This document shows, piece by piece, positions 12,035-26,077 of a stretch of DNA of 64,000 nucleotides. Numbering within the stretch: the first letter of the stretch is position 1; each line of letters begins with the position of its first letter. Source of the DNA: Trichoplax adhaerens (taxonomy: Eukaryota; Animalia; Placozoa); assembly GCF_000150275.1 (NCBI RefSeq), contig NW_002060952.1:2165128-2229127 (forward strand). Direction: 5' to 3'. A model generated the notes under the pieces. That model had not been told where the DNA came from. It ran no database searches and saw only the letters and a program-made list of their open reading frames with translations. A program made the position numbers and the translations under genes.

Positions 12035-15000
12035 GGAGATCTTGGTTAAGCCAAATTTGTCAGCAGCGATGAAAATGGAAGTAGAGAAACAGCGGGAGAG
12101 AAAAAAAATGAAAACTTACTTACTGTTAAGAAATCTAATCTAAGCAAGTTAATGCAAAAGTATAGATGTTAAATACATCTCTACCAATCAAAGGACAACC
12201 TGACAAACCATAGCCTCTCTTCGTCAATGTTGTTTAAACTAATAAAAGCTGTCAATAATTAAGACGTAGGATATAATAGAACCAATGAATCAGAACGGTG
12301 TGGTGACTAATAAACTGATACCACGCGCTAACAACATCATTAATTGATGCTTTTGTTTCTGCATTTTTTCAATGAAATTCCCCTTAGTTAAATCTGTACC
12401 CATTCATTTTATGGAGCGTTATTGATTCTTAACTATACTGATAGACAAAATTGCGTAATTTTGCTTATATTCATTCTCAATTTTTAGCCAATATAATCAT
12501 CGAATAACTAAGTACAGCCGACTAAAAAATTTTATTTAATGATCTATCCAATGGAAAGTGAAATTAGTATTTCTGCCGATTACACAGATAGTTCATGATA
12601 TTACGTAAATCAAATGAGGATTGAAACGAAACTATTGAATTTGAACTTTCGTAACACATGTTTAGCAGTGCCAGCATGATAACATATCATAAATCAATCT
12701 ATATTCACCTTCACCTGGTAGTGTTTTCGCAAGTAATCTAAAAACTATCCTCTTACATTCATCAACCACCTTCATTTACACATGATCATTATTCAAATAA
12801 GACAATTGAAAATGATGAATTATTCTCTTTTTGACATTTGCTGAGCAAATTATAGTCTGCAATTTTTGACTAACGTATTATGTAATCAATTTACCAAAGC
12901 CTTCGGATAGTCATTAAGTCATTGTACAATTTATGATAGTGAGAAATATTGACAGCAACAATATTGTTCATCGTTAGAGAAAGAGATGGCTATTGGTTGC
13001 TTTGACAGTAGGACGCGATTAATTTAATTCAATGAATAGAATTTTAGTATGATTGCATCACTATAAGCATTTATTGTCTGACTTTAAACGGAAAATTTTT
13101 TCTGGAACAGGATTTGGGGCATTATGATTCTTTCACAACCATAGGCTACCACATTGCTAAATGAAAAATAATAGTAATTCAAATATGGTATGAATGTGTC
13201 AATAGAGATATCCGATTATCAATTTTCATATTACAGAATGTAAATTACATCATTTCTGATATCTATTTTACTCTATTGGATTCATAGTTAATGCCAGGGA
13301 CTTTATAAATTAGCCTTAAATATTGATATTGCGGCTATAGTAAAATGACTGGATTACGATTCCAAGGTATTGAAGCGTTTACTTTCGTAGTACTGTAGTT
13401 TGATAACTACTCAAAATGTTGAAGTAAACCTTATAACTGACGAAATCAACATTGCTATGATTTTGAATAAGAATTCATATTTATTTCTTGATCATTTCCC
13501 TTATGATAAAGTGTAAACATATACATACATGTTTGCGAGTATCTTAATCTAAAAGAATAGTATAAAAATACGAGTATATTCGTACATCCCTCAAAAATCT
13601 ATCCACTTACTCTCTTACGAATCTCCTTTTGCATATAATCAATGATATTGGACATAGCTTCTAGCAAGAAGTAATGTAATACCACATCGATTACAATTTT
13701 TGAAGTTTAATATTAATGTTTTGAGTCGATTTTACGATTATATTTAATAGTGAGATTATTACCGTCACCGTATTCGATTCTCACATACATGGAATATAGT
13801 ATAGCAATACAGTATATATTATGCTTTTAGCATACATGCTAAATTACATAAGCTAATATTCTAATAGCTATATTGGAAACATTAATAAAGATAAAGGTCC
13901 AATTTTTCATTAAAAGAATTAATGGAAAGATTACGCTAGAAATAGCGAGACTGTAATGTCAGCTACTACTTTATAGAATATCGGTACCCCTATTTATTCA
14001 GATTAAAGAAATCGTACCCGCGCAATCAGTTCCATTTCAGTTCACTCATTAGTTATTCCTTTTGTATTGCTATGAGAGAAGTAATCAAGCGTTGTCAGAT
14101 ATAGCTACGAAAAGCTAGCTAATAAATGGCTGTAGAGATATTTCTTACAGTCTGATACTGTACTTTTAATTGCCTAACTAATTTATGAAACATTGATGCC
14201 TTGTATAAATATTTTAATTTATTAAACAATTGCAAAAGATAAATAATTATTTTAGTTGCTGAAAAAATTTAGAAAGGGTTTACTTAATTCAGTAGATTAC
14301 TCAGTTGGAATTTGTCGAATTATTATTTAGCATGTTATTCCTTTCAAGAATTGTAATTTGATATCATATTTGAAGATAATCTTGGTTTGGTGTACGTACG
14401 TATATACTAAGGATAGTGTAAATATCCGGTGAGCATGATTTTATTTTCAACCACCTTTATTTTTGTGCAGTGAAGCATGTTTATGCCTACTTGCTTATGA
14501 TGTAATACTGGCTTTAAAATTCATGTTAGAAACTTCCTACTGGCGGTGATTGAACTAGAATCTTTGCAGAATTTGCGACTTATTCAATTTCATCTCGCTG
14601 TAGCTTTTGCATTACTGCTGTATTTGGAATTGACAGCAACTGTAATTTGCTATCAATCATTTCTGTTTCTACTACCAGTCTTGTCAGTCCATATTTTAAA
14701 ATCTGCAGCACCATGATGAATATTGATACCTCTCATTCAATCTACTAAACATATCAAAGCTCAATTTTAGTATAATACCTTCAGCTAAAGTAGTATAGAA
14801 GCGAAAATGAATAAAATTGATGAGCGTTTACTAGACCTAATCACTTTGTACGGATCTATTAATGAGTATGATTCATTTCAAGGTAAAATTAATATCTCAA
14901 ATTGTATCTTATAAATTTTTAATCAAAATCAACTAAGTGATTCAACTATTAGTAAATATTAGAATTAATGACATATTTTAACTTTAGATAGTGATTAGTA

Positions 15001-17304
15001 AAGCGTGACTGAACAGTATTCACCAAATAATATACTTGTAGTTAAGTATTTCCTTACCAATATGTATTAGATATTAAAATTGAAGATTTAAAAATGTTGT
15101 AATGGCGACAAACTATTCGCAACTGGATTCTAATACTAAAATTTCGGCTTCTGTCTTTATTATTGCTCTTTGCATTTAGTAAAGATTGAATATGTAGCTA
15201 TATACTGTACGCTCGTATAGATTAATTCCTAACCCGAACCCTATATTGCAACACTGACATTTGACACTAAATTGTTAGAAAGGTTATCGCCGACATTCAG
15301 TCTCATGTACTGGCGCGAACATGATTGTCGTAAATTAAATTCGGCCCTGACAATTGATTTTGTAAAGAATATTCGATCAATGGAATTAAACTCTTAATCA
15401 CATAGTAGCGATGAAGCAATACGGTACACTAACCACATGTCTGTAGCAAAAATGAGGCACAACTGTTAGTGGCTTTGCTGATCATATGAGTATTTTTGCT
15501 TTAATTAGTAAAACTACGATTCATGGATAGCATAGCGGTCTTGTTCAATTTCCCATCATTCATACTTAGGATAACGTTGCGAAATACTGCCCATCAGCTT
15601 GCAAAGCGTAGAGCAATCTTCCTAAACTTAAAGTTGAGGGCAACTAGTCATAACACTATATTAGTCCTGCAGTTAATTAATTATTGGCTTCTTTATTATA
15701 TTATCTCATTCATGAATAAAACTGTTAATGGTTCAAGGCAGTGCAATAGTGAACTTGGTTAATTCTTTCTTTGAAATCTTACAGTGCTCAATACTGGCAT
15801 ACGCATTGAGTCATTTGATTTACAGTTATTGAATGCGTAGAATAGACTCAACTTTAGTGAGACTTGATTGCAAGATTATTACTAATTCAATCCGGCGTAC
15901 ATGTCTATTATCGCTGCACTACTTTACGTGAAGAAATAGTACATTACAAATCAGACTTTCCATTTTTGTTACTTTTTGATCGCTATTATTACTCTTGGTA
16001 AATCATACTGAAAGCTTTGTATAAGCTATTCAATACTAGGATATAAACAGATAGAGAATAGAGTGCAATTTGCTATTGAACCAGTGTTATTAGTTGAGCT
16101 TGAATAAAAAAAAAAAAATAGTAAACGATTAAAGGATTAAATTAGAATCGATCCGTATTCAATTTTTGCATTGCTAAACTAACAGCTAGCTTATAGTAGC
16201 ATTGTCAATAAAACTTTATCGGTATATCCTTGATCTAGGACACTTATGGATTGATTATTACGCTTTCTAGCTCTCATCATCATAGAGGATCGGCTTTACT
16301 GAGCTGTATTAAGGTACGTTCACATGATGAATTTTTTTCAGGACTACCACCAGGACTCTAGTTCAATCATGTATTTTTGTTTTCGGCAAAGATACTCCAG
16401 GGCATGGGCTAAACAATATCTTTCCTATTGTCTCAACCCTAAGTCGTTTAATTTCTTAACAGAATAATGAAATCGAAACGTAATAAACTCATTGTTATTT
16501 AAAACATGGAAAAAAAAATATGGAAAGGATACTTGTACACGTCTCTATCTTTCAAATAATAAAATTTTCGGCTTCCAATCAAGTGGAAAATAACAATAGT
16601 TGCAACTGTATTTTGCAAATTGCTATTATCTTTTATCATTAATTTGACCGGAAAAAGGCAGCAATTAACTAAACGTATTCATAGTATTATTGTTGAATCT
16701 TGATGAATTCATCGATTGTGTAGATACGCTAGCAGACGCTTATAATTATATGATATTCTTCTAAGCTTTTCAGTAAATTTCGACATGAATCCATTTTAGA
16801 ATGGAAGGATTTCAGCCCACTGCCATTTAAGCGAATAGAGGAAAGGTCAAAGGTCTGATATGAAAGCATAACGCTACATGCTACAGTAAACTCTTTTTAA
16901 TCCCTCCCTATCCTAGTCCATATTCCTATGTTTTCGATTGGTTGCAACCATTGCTAAACTAAAAAAAAAATCTTGTGTATGACTTTCTTTTATCTTAGAC
17001 ATTTTTCTTGGGCAGGTCCAGTTATAATTTTATGACCATTAAATACTAAAGACGTTAGTATTTTATACTACTGTATATCACATTTTAATACTATGTCTTT
17101 CAAACTGAATGTATCGATAGCTAGTTTTATTGTCTGATATATATTTACAGTGCGGAGATTAAGGGAAATTTGAAGTTTTTCAACATCGACTTAATATACA
17201 AAGTACTATAGCATCAAGTCGTCATTTATCTCCTTATTTATACCAAATTTCTTTGAATGAAACTTACTTAGGCCGAGTAATATCGCCTTTCCTTGACGGA
17301 GAAT

Positions 17305-17672
17305 AATGATCAATGACGAACGATAGTCAAATTCTGCAAAGCCTGTAGTAAAGCCCTGTACTGTACGTAGTATTTGTTATAAGAAGGAATAAAGTAAACC
17401 ACTAAATCTTCATTTGACCATTTTACAATGTTAAGCAAGCATCGCGTTTAATCTCTAAAGTTTGCTATTATTCTCATTCTAGGGGAAAATGATCAGTGAC
17501 GAACGATAGTAAAATTCTGCAGAGTTTGTAGTAAAGTCTTATACTGTATTTAGTATTTGGTATAAGAAGGAATAAAGTAAATCATTCAATCTTCATTAGA
17601 TCACTTTACAATGTCCAGCAAGTACAGTATCGCGTTTGATCTCGAAAAAATTTGCTTCTATTCTCATTCTAG
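17305..17672. repeat. Tandem duplication, ~183 bp x2
   Basis: 'aatgatca.tgacgaacgatagt.aaattctgc...attctcattctag' starts at 17305 and again at 17488. Confidence 0.85.
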
Positions 17673-19343
17673 ATGCAGTACTTTTATTAGAGGTTTTATC
17701 GTGGATCCTTGTTTCACGTTACAGGCACTCCTATTTACAGTCTACTGTCTAGTAGTTGCTGATTTTTTATTTTTTGGTAGTAGTCCTTGATCATGGCTAA
17801 TCTTTTCGTTAACTTTCTGTACCGCAATTATGAATATCAACATTAGGTTTGAAAGCGGTAAAATGTCCTCTAGGGTACAACAATTTTCCCTTGTAGAGGT
17901 GTTAATTTTTACCTATCGATAATCCAATCTTGACTGATGATGATGACAAATGGTTATCAACTATCAAGCAAAACACCTTGTGATTTGCAACCATGTTGCC
18001 ATATGTATTGTACTGAGCAAAGCCATAATGTTTAATGAAGTTATCCAATCGATCAAGCATCGTCCATTTGAATGGATCGTTTAAGCAATTTGATCTTCAA
18101 CAATAGTATCAGACTCATTAATAATAATAATAATACACTACAGTATATCGACGTCATGATCACCTGTATCTTAACTGGTTATTTCTAGCGTAGTCCTTGC
18201 TACAGAGGCAAACATGGCCAACATTCCTGCGTTACGCAGCACAAGTTTCGTTAATTACTGAGAAAGTAAAAAATCGATTTATTATCGATTTTATTCTTTT
18301 GAATATATAATGTCTAGGTAAATTGCATTGTTTCGAGTAACTGAGCATAAACAAGCATGCAAATAAAGTAAAAATAGTCGAGTCATGTTGAATGAGATTG
18401 GTACTGGTACAGACATCTTCAGCGAGAATTTCAAGTGATCATTTTTCATTTCAACTGATGATCTAACGTTATCAATATTGAAATCCAACTACTCTCTTCA
18501 CTTATTTTCGTATTAGTTCATTATTACACCACATGATCTTTTACATTTCGATATTTCAAGTTGTTGGGCTGCTGTATCGTCCATATTGGATTGTATTGTG
18601 CAATCCTATCAAGGTTAATGTAATCGATACTTTCTAGCGTACGATATTCCCGAGGATGGAAACAAATCATCGCTCAAAATATATTTTTAAAGTAAACGAT
18701 TGAAAGAATGACATACAAGTACAATCTATTTATTTTACTTATTTTACTACAGCACTGCACTGTATGATGAGATATTGATAAAAATGAATGGAAAGTCAAA
18801 TTAAGTTTCTGGAGATGGTATATATAATTACCAAGAAAATGATCCGATCACGTTATAATTTAGTAATAATAACATACATGTTAGTTTTGAAGGAAAGATG
18901 GGCAAAAAATAATGCAATAAAACAGTGAAAATACTTATGGATAGGGTCATTGGTTTGTTCATTATTATCATCTTCCGTTTAGGATAAAATGCAAACAGGA
19001 GATTGTATAGTACACACGTACAGTAGTTGGAGTTGGCTAGTTTCATAACATTTGGTCTATTGAAATTGAAGTAATATACTAGTAGATATTGGTTGATATT
19101 ATTATGATGGGCTACAGACAAGTTGATCTATTAAGACGAACAGATCATTACTTTACACTGTTATCCAGTAGCCTGTACTTATCACATCCAAGAGAATTGG
19201 TCAAATATTGATTGATTCATCATTATAATTACAGTTTTTCTAGTTTGAAAAGGGAAAAACTATTTTCATTTCCTGTAGCCTGAGATAGTAATCGACTAAG
19301 CCAAGCGAGTTTATTCATGTTTTCCCTATTCTGCTTGCCTTCA

Positions 19344-19856
19344 TTACGATAAACGATTGTATCCAGCATCCTCTTCATCTTTCAGTAGGCCATACTTTCG
19401 ACGAATATCATCTCGCTTGGCTTGGCGTTCAACTTTACGTTGTTCATTTCGAGTGCGACGGCTCTCGATTTCAGCCAGATGACGTTGTTCTTCTTTCAGA
19501 TACTTTTTCTTATTCTTCCGACAACAACAACAATAAATAGTACACGAAATGGCAATAATCAAGACACCAGCGCCACTTGAAATAGCAATAATCAAGACAG
19601 TGGTAGAGAATAAGCATTGGCCTTGAAATGCATCCGCTTTAGGACATTCCGAATCTGGAGGGATAAAATGTTGAAAGGTTGGATTATAATACCAACATAC
19701 ATCCGTTTTACTGCAATAGTAGCAATGCTTGATGGCAACACAGTCACCACAGGTATTATTATGCGGGAAACAGTCGGCCTTGGATGGTTTTGTAGATTTA
19801 CCCTGGATAGGTAGTAAACTGCAAGCGAGTAAAACGATCCCAACTAGTCGCCACAT
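19344..19856 (-). CDS. PTTG1IP: PTTG1IP (paralog 3, the most canonical copy), intronless CDS
   Basis: Signal peptide, PSI domain, TM helix, CCCCRK, and tail DDIRRKYGLLKDEEDAGYNRLS. The tail matches vertebrate DEIRKKYGLFKEENPYARF, including the C-terminal YxxPhi motif. Confidence 0.93.
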   Translation of the reverse strand: MWRLVGIVLLACSLLPIQGKSTKPSKADCFPHNNTCGDCVAIKHCYYCSKTDVCWYYNPTFQHFIPPDSECPKADAFQGQCLFSTTVLIIAISSGAGVLIIAISCTIYCCCCRKNKKKYLKEEQRHLAEIESRRTRNEQRKVERQAKRDDIRRKYGLLKDEEDAGYNRLS

Positions 19857-20162
19857 ACTGTACTGTTATCAATAGCAATCTGAACTGTAGAATAAATCTT
19901 CTTTCCTTCCTTTCTTTCCTACTTTCTTTGCTTTCTTTCTTGTTCTTGTTGCCTTTTCCCCTTTCCAAGTGATCGTCAAGAAAGAATATCAAGCAGAAAG
20001 GTGTTGAGTCTTAAATACTGTCCAGTACAGTACATTAGCTGCAATACTGGATTGTTATGCAGGGATGACTCAAGCAATACTGTATTGTACAGTGTACAGT
20101 GTACAGTGTACAGTATACAGTACTGTACTCTTGATGAACCAGGTCGGAAAGGGAAATTCAGT

Positions 20163-20411
20163 CATTTTGCAAAATGGCCTCTTTTGAAAGACTTTTTCCT
20201 TCCGTTTGCTTTCGCTTTCTCTTACTATAATCTCGGGGATTACTGTTTATGAACGAGGTCGGATGCGAAATCTGTCCTTTTGCAGAATGGCTGACTATTT
20301 TGCAAAATGACTATACAGCATGGCATTTTGCAAACTACCCGTTTTTGAAAGGCTTTTTCCGTCCGTTTGCCTTCGCTTTCTCTTACTATAATCTCGGGGA
20401 TTACTGTATAT
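20163..20411. repeat. ~90 bp direct repeat with palindromic TTTTGCAAAA motifs upstream of PTTG1IP paralog 3
   Basis: 'cattttgcaaa...ttttgaaag.ctttttcc.tccgtttgc.ttcgctttctcttactataatctcggggattactgt.tatg' occurs at ~20163 and ~20323. Confidence 0.8.
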
Positions 20412-23400
20412 GGTAAGAGAAAGAGACGGTGGAAAGAATAAGGTAGAAATAAGGCAACATTATTTTAGTTGAGTAGTCCCTAACTGCTGTCAATCGACGG
20501 TAGATTTGCAGTAGATTGAGTAGTCCATGTATAGTACTGAAGGGCAGAGACTACAAAGTCCATGGAATAGAGGGTAGATTTTCAATGTCATTCACCATCA
20601 CATTAGTGTATCCTCCTAGTAGACTATCCTATTCGTTATGCCATTTCTGTGAGCCAATCTTCATCGGCATATGAACATACCATAAATACTGATACCATTG
20701 CTATGAGTGTATTTTGATAGACTATCCCATGACTGATGTCCTTGATATTCGTGGATTCTCATAGACTATCGCGTTACTTACTCGCATCTTATTTATACCA
20801 GTGGGTCCTCATAGACTATTGACTTCATGGGGATCGACCATAATAACTACAAGAGTCCATTTCCTTTTATAGAAAGACATTATTGTTAGGATCCTCCTTA
20901 GGAAATTCAACGGTATATCTATCATTCATATGGTCACAGTGATTAAAGTGCGAAAACGAAAGCGACAGCCACTCGGGCCTCGCTAGTCTCGCAATCATCC
21001 GTTGAAATCCAGGAAAGAAAAGCCTTAAAACTGGCCTTCTTTCTCCGGCACGAAATTGAGTTCAGTGACATGATACTGGACAAGCAACATTACTAGCTCC
21101 ACTAGGATAGTTGTCTTAATTAAAATAGAATGCCTTTAGCATTGAGGATACTAGAATGGATAATATGTTGTTCTTGTATGCTGGTAAGATAGTGCCTACT
21201 GAAAATTCAATATACCGTAAAATGACAGGATGAAATTGCTTTAGCATTGATTGAATTATGTCTGGCTATAGGCAACAGTTACTTCATTCCTCTGAATAGA
21301 TCATACAGCTCTTAATCATTCGCTTTCCAATACAATAATGTACATCAATTATGTCGATAGTAAGAAGCTTTGCCGATGATTCGCATATTGCAGGTTACAG
21401 TATTCCAAACCAATCTCGATTTGAAGGATTAAATGATTTTGGTAAGCTATTACTATTGCTTACTTGTAATACCACCGATATCTTAACTTTAACTACCGGC
21501 ATAATAAAGATATATCCTTTAGTCTAACTACAAATGTAGTCAACACGAATGGATGATAATTTCAGGAAAGATGCAAAAGGTGATAAACATTTAATACCGG
21601 AAATAGCTATGCATCCAATGAATACAGCTAAAGATCTAATAACGAGTGCATACAGTAAAATATATAAAGATATTCATGGATCTCCTTCACCGAGAGAGGT
21701 TCTCATCTTATCACATACTCCAAAATCGACGAGATACGATAAAAAAAAGATAAACGTAGTTTTCTGAATAATTATGATCTGCATCGAATACGACTATCGC
21801 GAGATAAACTTAGAGTAGACTGGAATTCTATGAAGATAAATCAGAATGCCTTACGAGCAAGATACGACAGCATTCAAAACAGCGGAGTTATTGGAATGAG
21901 TTATGCGTATGATATGGATGAAGATCACAACCTTTTTGTGGCATCAAAGATGATTTTATACTAGTGCAAATAAACGCATTGGCATTTGCAGTTAATAGAA
22001 TTATGAAGTTTGCGATACATAGATAAAATTAAATATTCAAACAATATCTATATCATCAATCTAAAGATAGACAGAACAAGAAATGCTATAATTAATTAAA
22101 TTTTATAAATGAATGCAATCCTATGAACGAATAAGAAAAATCGAGTAAACAATTCAAATTTTTATCTAAAAGTTTGCATTATTAAAAGAGTCATTCGGGT
22201 TAGGGTTATCTAGTCACTTTTAGTCGACAAGCAGTTTATAATTGTTTTCACAAGATAAATCAATCGATCAAGGCTAGATTGACAATTGTAATATCGACAA
22301 GAAAGGGACGTATAATCACAAACTGATGTGGCTACAACTATATCACTGCATGGAAACCATAATAGAAAGCTAGAATAGCAGTAATGCTTCAATGTCTAGC
22401 TTGTTAATTTAACATATCTTCTTTTTCTGTCTTACAGTATCGTATTCCCCCCCCCCCCCAACACCGCATAACAGAGATTCACCATGGATAATAAATATAA
22501 TCGATACTTTATACCTATCACTGAGCCATACTAAGTCTATACATATTGTACAGCTGTAGTGCTACTTGAATGATTTTATTGAGTTTTAAAGACTCACTAA
22601 TATGAGCTAGCAAATGGTAGACTCTATCTGAATACAGATTTAACCTTATCATCCTATTTCTGAAATCCATCGCGATCATGTTGTTGTAATACTGACATTA
22701 TTACTACTAGTCAACTACCCGTTGGAATGAACGGGAACCTATACTACACAAAACACATTACACTCAAATAAAATTCAGAGCTAGGCTATCATACTACGTA
22801 TGAATTCCTTCTTAGTGTGAAATAGCTAGCTTACAATTTTATGTAGTTATTATATGACAACGTAGTAAGAAATACTAAAAGTGTAATCAAATTTTTAAAG
22901 CATATTATCTAACATGGTTAGAATCATTTAACAAACTTCTAAATTTATCAATATCCAACCTAAGCAACTTTTGATATGAAGGTAAAGTTGCATTTCTTAA
23001 TTATAGATAGTATAGGGTAACGTCGCAGATACAACTAAAAGAACCCATATCAAGAAACTACCTTTCAATAAATAGAGGAGATAGCATAGCAGCTTGAGAA
23101 AAAATATGAGATTTCAACTACGGAAGTACAATGACTTTATTCATCAGCTTAATAACACCAATCTAGCTAACAAAAATTCGAATTGTTTTTATTCACTGTG
23201 TAACTTTCGTGTACAATGGTGTAATAGTTACACCTAGAATTAAAATGAAATATAATCCAATAATCAATAATAAAGCGACCAATTAACTGATACAATTGCA
23301 TCAGAGACATGTCTAGCACAAGATAGACAAATATGCGTATCCATATTAATTAAGCGATAGCAGACTGATAGCTAAATGCTAGCCGGAATTACTTAAAGCG

Positions 23401-25468
23401 TTAGTATACTTCCAATAACATAAGATAGTATTTATATCAATACTAAACGTAGAGAGATTTTAAGACAAAGTTGGACTATTTAGTCAGCTACAGTATCCAT
23501 TCCAATCAAGCTATGCCTCTACTGCATGGCATTGAAGACTAATATCAACAAATCATTAACATAATGTAGGAATGAATCAGCCAATGTTTAATAAACGCTT
23601 TGTGGATGCATCAGGTTAATTAACGTAACAATTGCATTTCCAAAATAATGACTGTTTATGGTAATAAAGTCATAATAATGTCAACTTGATTAATGAGATT
23701 AAGGTTATAATCGTTTAATACTTTTGATTAACCAATTAAATTATTTTCCGTAGTCCTAACTTAATCTACGTAGAAGAAAAAATTTTATAAAGTGAATGCC
23801 AATTCAGGATTTTAAGCGGTTTCAATTAGATCTATTTTTCTGATTATAATTATACATGATTTAACAATATTGATGATAATAAAGGTAAAGTAGTATGAGC
23901 TTGAAGTTAATATGGATAGTTATCAATGCAATAGTAATGATGTTTGAAATGAAAACATAATGGACGAGTACTAACGGATCGGTAAATGATAAAAGGACCT
24001 AATTAGCAATATTTGCAATAGCAGCGAAGAACTATAGCCTGTTGTTATTATCTATTATTTTTTACGTATCAACAGCGGCATGTGCTTCTAGTTTACCACA
24101 TAAAACAAAATTCTATTTAACAACTTGGAAAAAAATAATTTTAATGTCTAGAAATTTCAATTTTACAAGTAACTCCATCTGTTGACTATAGAAGCATCAA
24201 TAACGGCTTGAAATAAGAGTAATGACCGAAATGCTTTAGATTAATAGGAGTTAAAATATACAGCGTAACAAGTGATATTAGCCCTGGAAAGATCATTTTT
24301 CAAAATATAACGGAAATACGTCACTACAATAGCGTATCCAAAGTGATATATACGATACAAGTAATTAGATATCCATCATGCTGAAATAAGTGCATCCATG
24401 AGCATTTTATCCTGTTTCTTTAAGCCAAGATTATAGCAAACGATAAGCAATCTTGTTAATATAGTTTTCATGTATTTTGAGCGTAAAGCGAGAGATATCA
24501 ATAGATAAAAATGCATGGAAAGAACATGGACTACATTATACTTATTCGATGTAATCTTATATCCTAACGTTACGCTTAAAAATAAACTTAACTCCATCCT
24601 AGCGATACTAATATGAACATCTTTGCAAAAGACAAGTATAAAAAAGGAATTTGACTTACTAAATTATCTTAATTTTTGTGCATGTTACATTTACTTTACA
24701 ATTTTGGATTAAGTTATGTTACGATGGCCGATGCATTAGTTATAAATTAAGAATGGAATAAAGAAATAGAATAAATTATTTCTAAATTCCTGTATTTCAA
24801 GCTATAATAAAAATACAAAATCAAGCTGTTGACAAAGGAAAATCTTAGAGTAATCGGATTTAAATACTTTTACCGCAACGGCATATTTTTCTATCTTTTT
24901 TTACTACGTATCCGTTATGATTCATATGTAATATCATCATCAATTAATTTTTTCGTTACTGAAGCATTCATAACATGACAATAATATTTCATTTACAGAA
25001 AGTACACATCTTAATCCTTTGAGTCATGAATTATTGATATATGAATTACATGCGACTGCTGTAAGCTATATTACTTATGAATTACTCAAGGAATTATGAT
25101 CAAAACTCTTACATCAAAGCATGATAAGTTTTATCAAACATTACTATATATAAGTCTAGTATCATGATTAATATTAATCGATACAGATGTAATATCTACG
25201 CTTTGAAGCAGATAAAAAAACTAGCAACATGTTGATTTAAGGTTTATAGTATGCAGGTTAAATTATATGATTTTTTCAGTATGAAAGATTGCCACAGTTA
25301 CTTCATAATTAACTTTAAGGCAGGATCATCTACCCAACGAAGAAAAACTAATCTATATACTGTACAATTCTGATCTTCATGCAATATCCTTGAGAATAAA
25401 GGAGGAAATAAAATTTTCTTGTACATACAAGCAGATGATGAAATCCTATTCTACCTAGAGAACCATTC

Positions 25469-26077
25469 TTAATGTTTGCATGATTGTCGACGATCTTTAG
25501 TTAATCCATATTTTTGACGTATTGTAGATCGCATCTCCTCACGATATTTCCTTTGCCGATCTTGCCTTTCTTTTTTCTTCTCAAATTCGAAAAGAAGAGA
25601 CTCATTATCGCGTTTCAAACTTAACTTTTGCCGCCGTTTAATGCAATAACATCCTACACAGGTGATAATAGCAACCACTAAAACAACAGATGAGCCCATA
25701 GCGATAAAGATAATTGTTGCTTCAGATATCAAACATTGATAAATATAAACGCTGCCTTTGGTACATTGCTCTCTAGCATTCACTAGAGACTGCCGATTGG
25801 AATGACGATATCGTTCACATACTTGAGATTGGCCGCAGTAGAAGCAATAACTGATTCTGAGACAATCATGACAATTTCCGTTGTAGAGATAACAATTAAC
25901 ATGATCATCTCCAGTTTCTACTGAAGAATTTTTCTTAGTTAACTCCATCATTTTTTCATCAAGCCCTTCATTCAGTTGTTCATCAATTGCACTCGACTTT
26001 AGTGATAGTGAGCTAATAACCAGTACCATAAAAATGATTAACTTTAATATTGATTGATTCAGATGAAAACCTTCCAT
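25469..26077 (-). CDS. PTTG1IP: PTTG1IP-like PSI-domain membrane protein (paralog 4), intronless CDS
   Basis: ATG at 26077 (the ORF-track start at 26089 is TTG). Signal peptide, acidic spacer, CYLYNGNCHDCLRISYCFYCGQSQVC...C...YQC, TM helix, basic tail STIRQKYGL. Confidence 0.88.
   Translation of the reverse strand: MEGFHLNQSILKLIIFMVLVISSLSLKSSAIDEQLNEGLDEKMMELTKKNSSVETGDDHVNCYLYNGNCHDCLRISYCFYCGQSQVCERYRHSNRQSLVNAREQCTKGSVYIYQCLISEATIIFIAMGSSVVLVVAIITCVGCYCIKRRQKLSLKRDNESLLFEFEKKKERQDRQRKYREEMRSTIRQKYGLTKDRRQSCKH

Noticed and set aside
21549-21767. Helitron/PIF1 helicase fragment
   Set aside because: The resemblance is vague and no helicase or Rep motifs lie nearby.
23190-23300. Hydrophobic minus-strand stretch (VALLLIIGLYFILILGV) as a fifth PTTG1IP or GPCR remnant
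   Set aside because: There is no PSI cysteine pattern or extended ORF, and AT-rich DNA readily yields such stretches.
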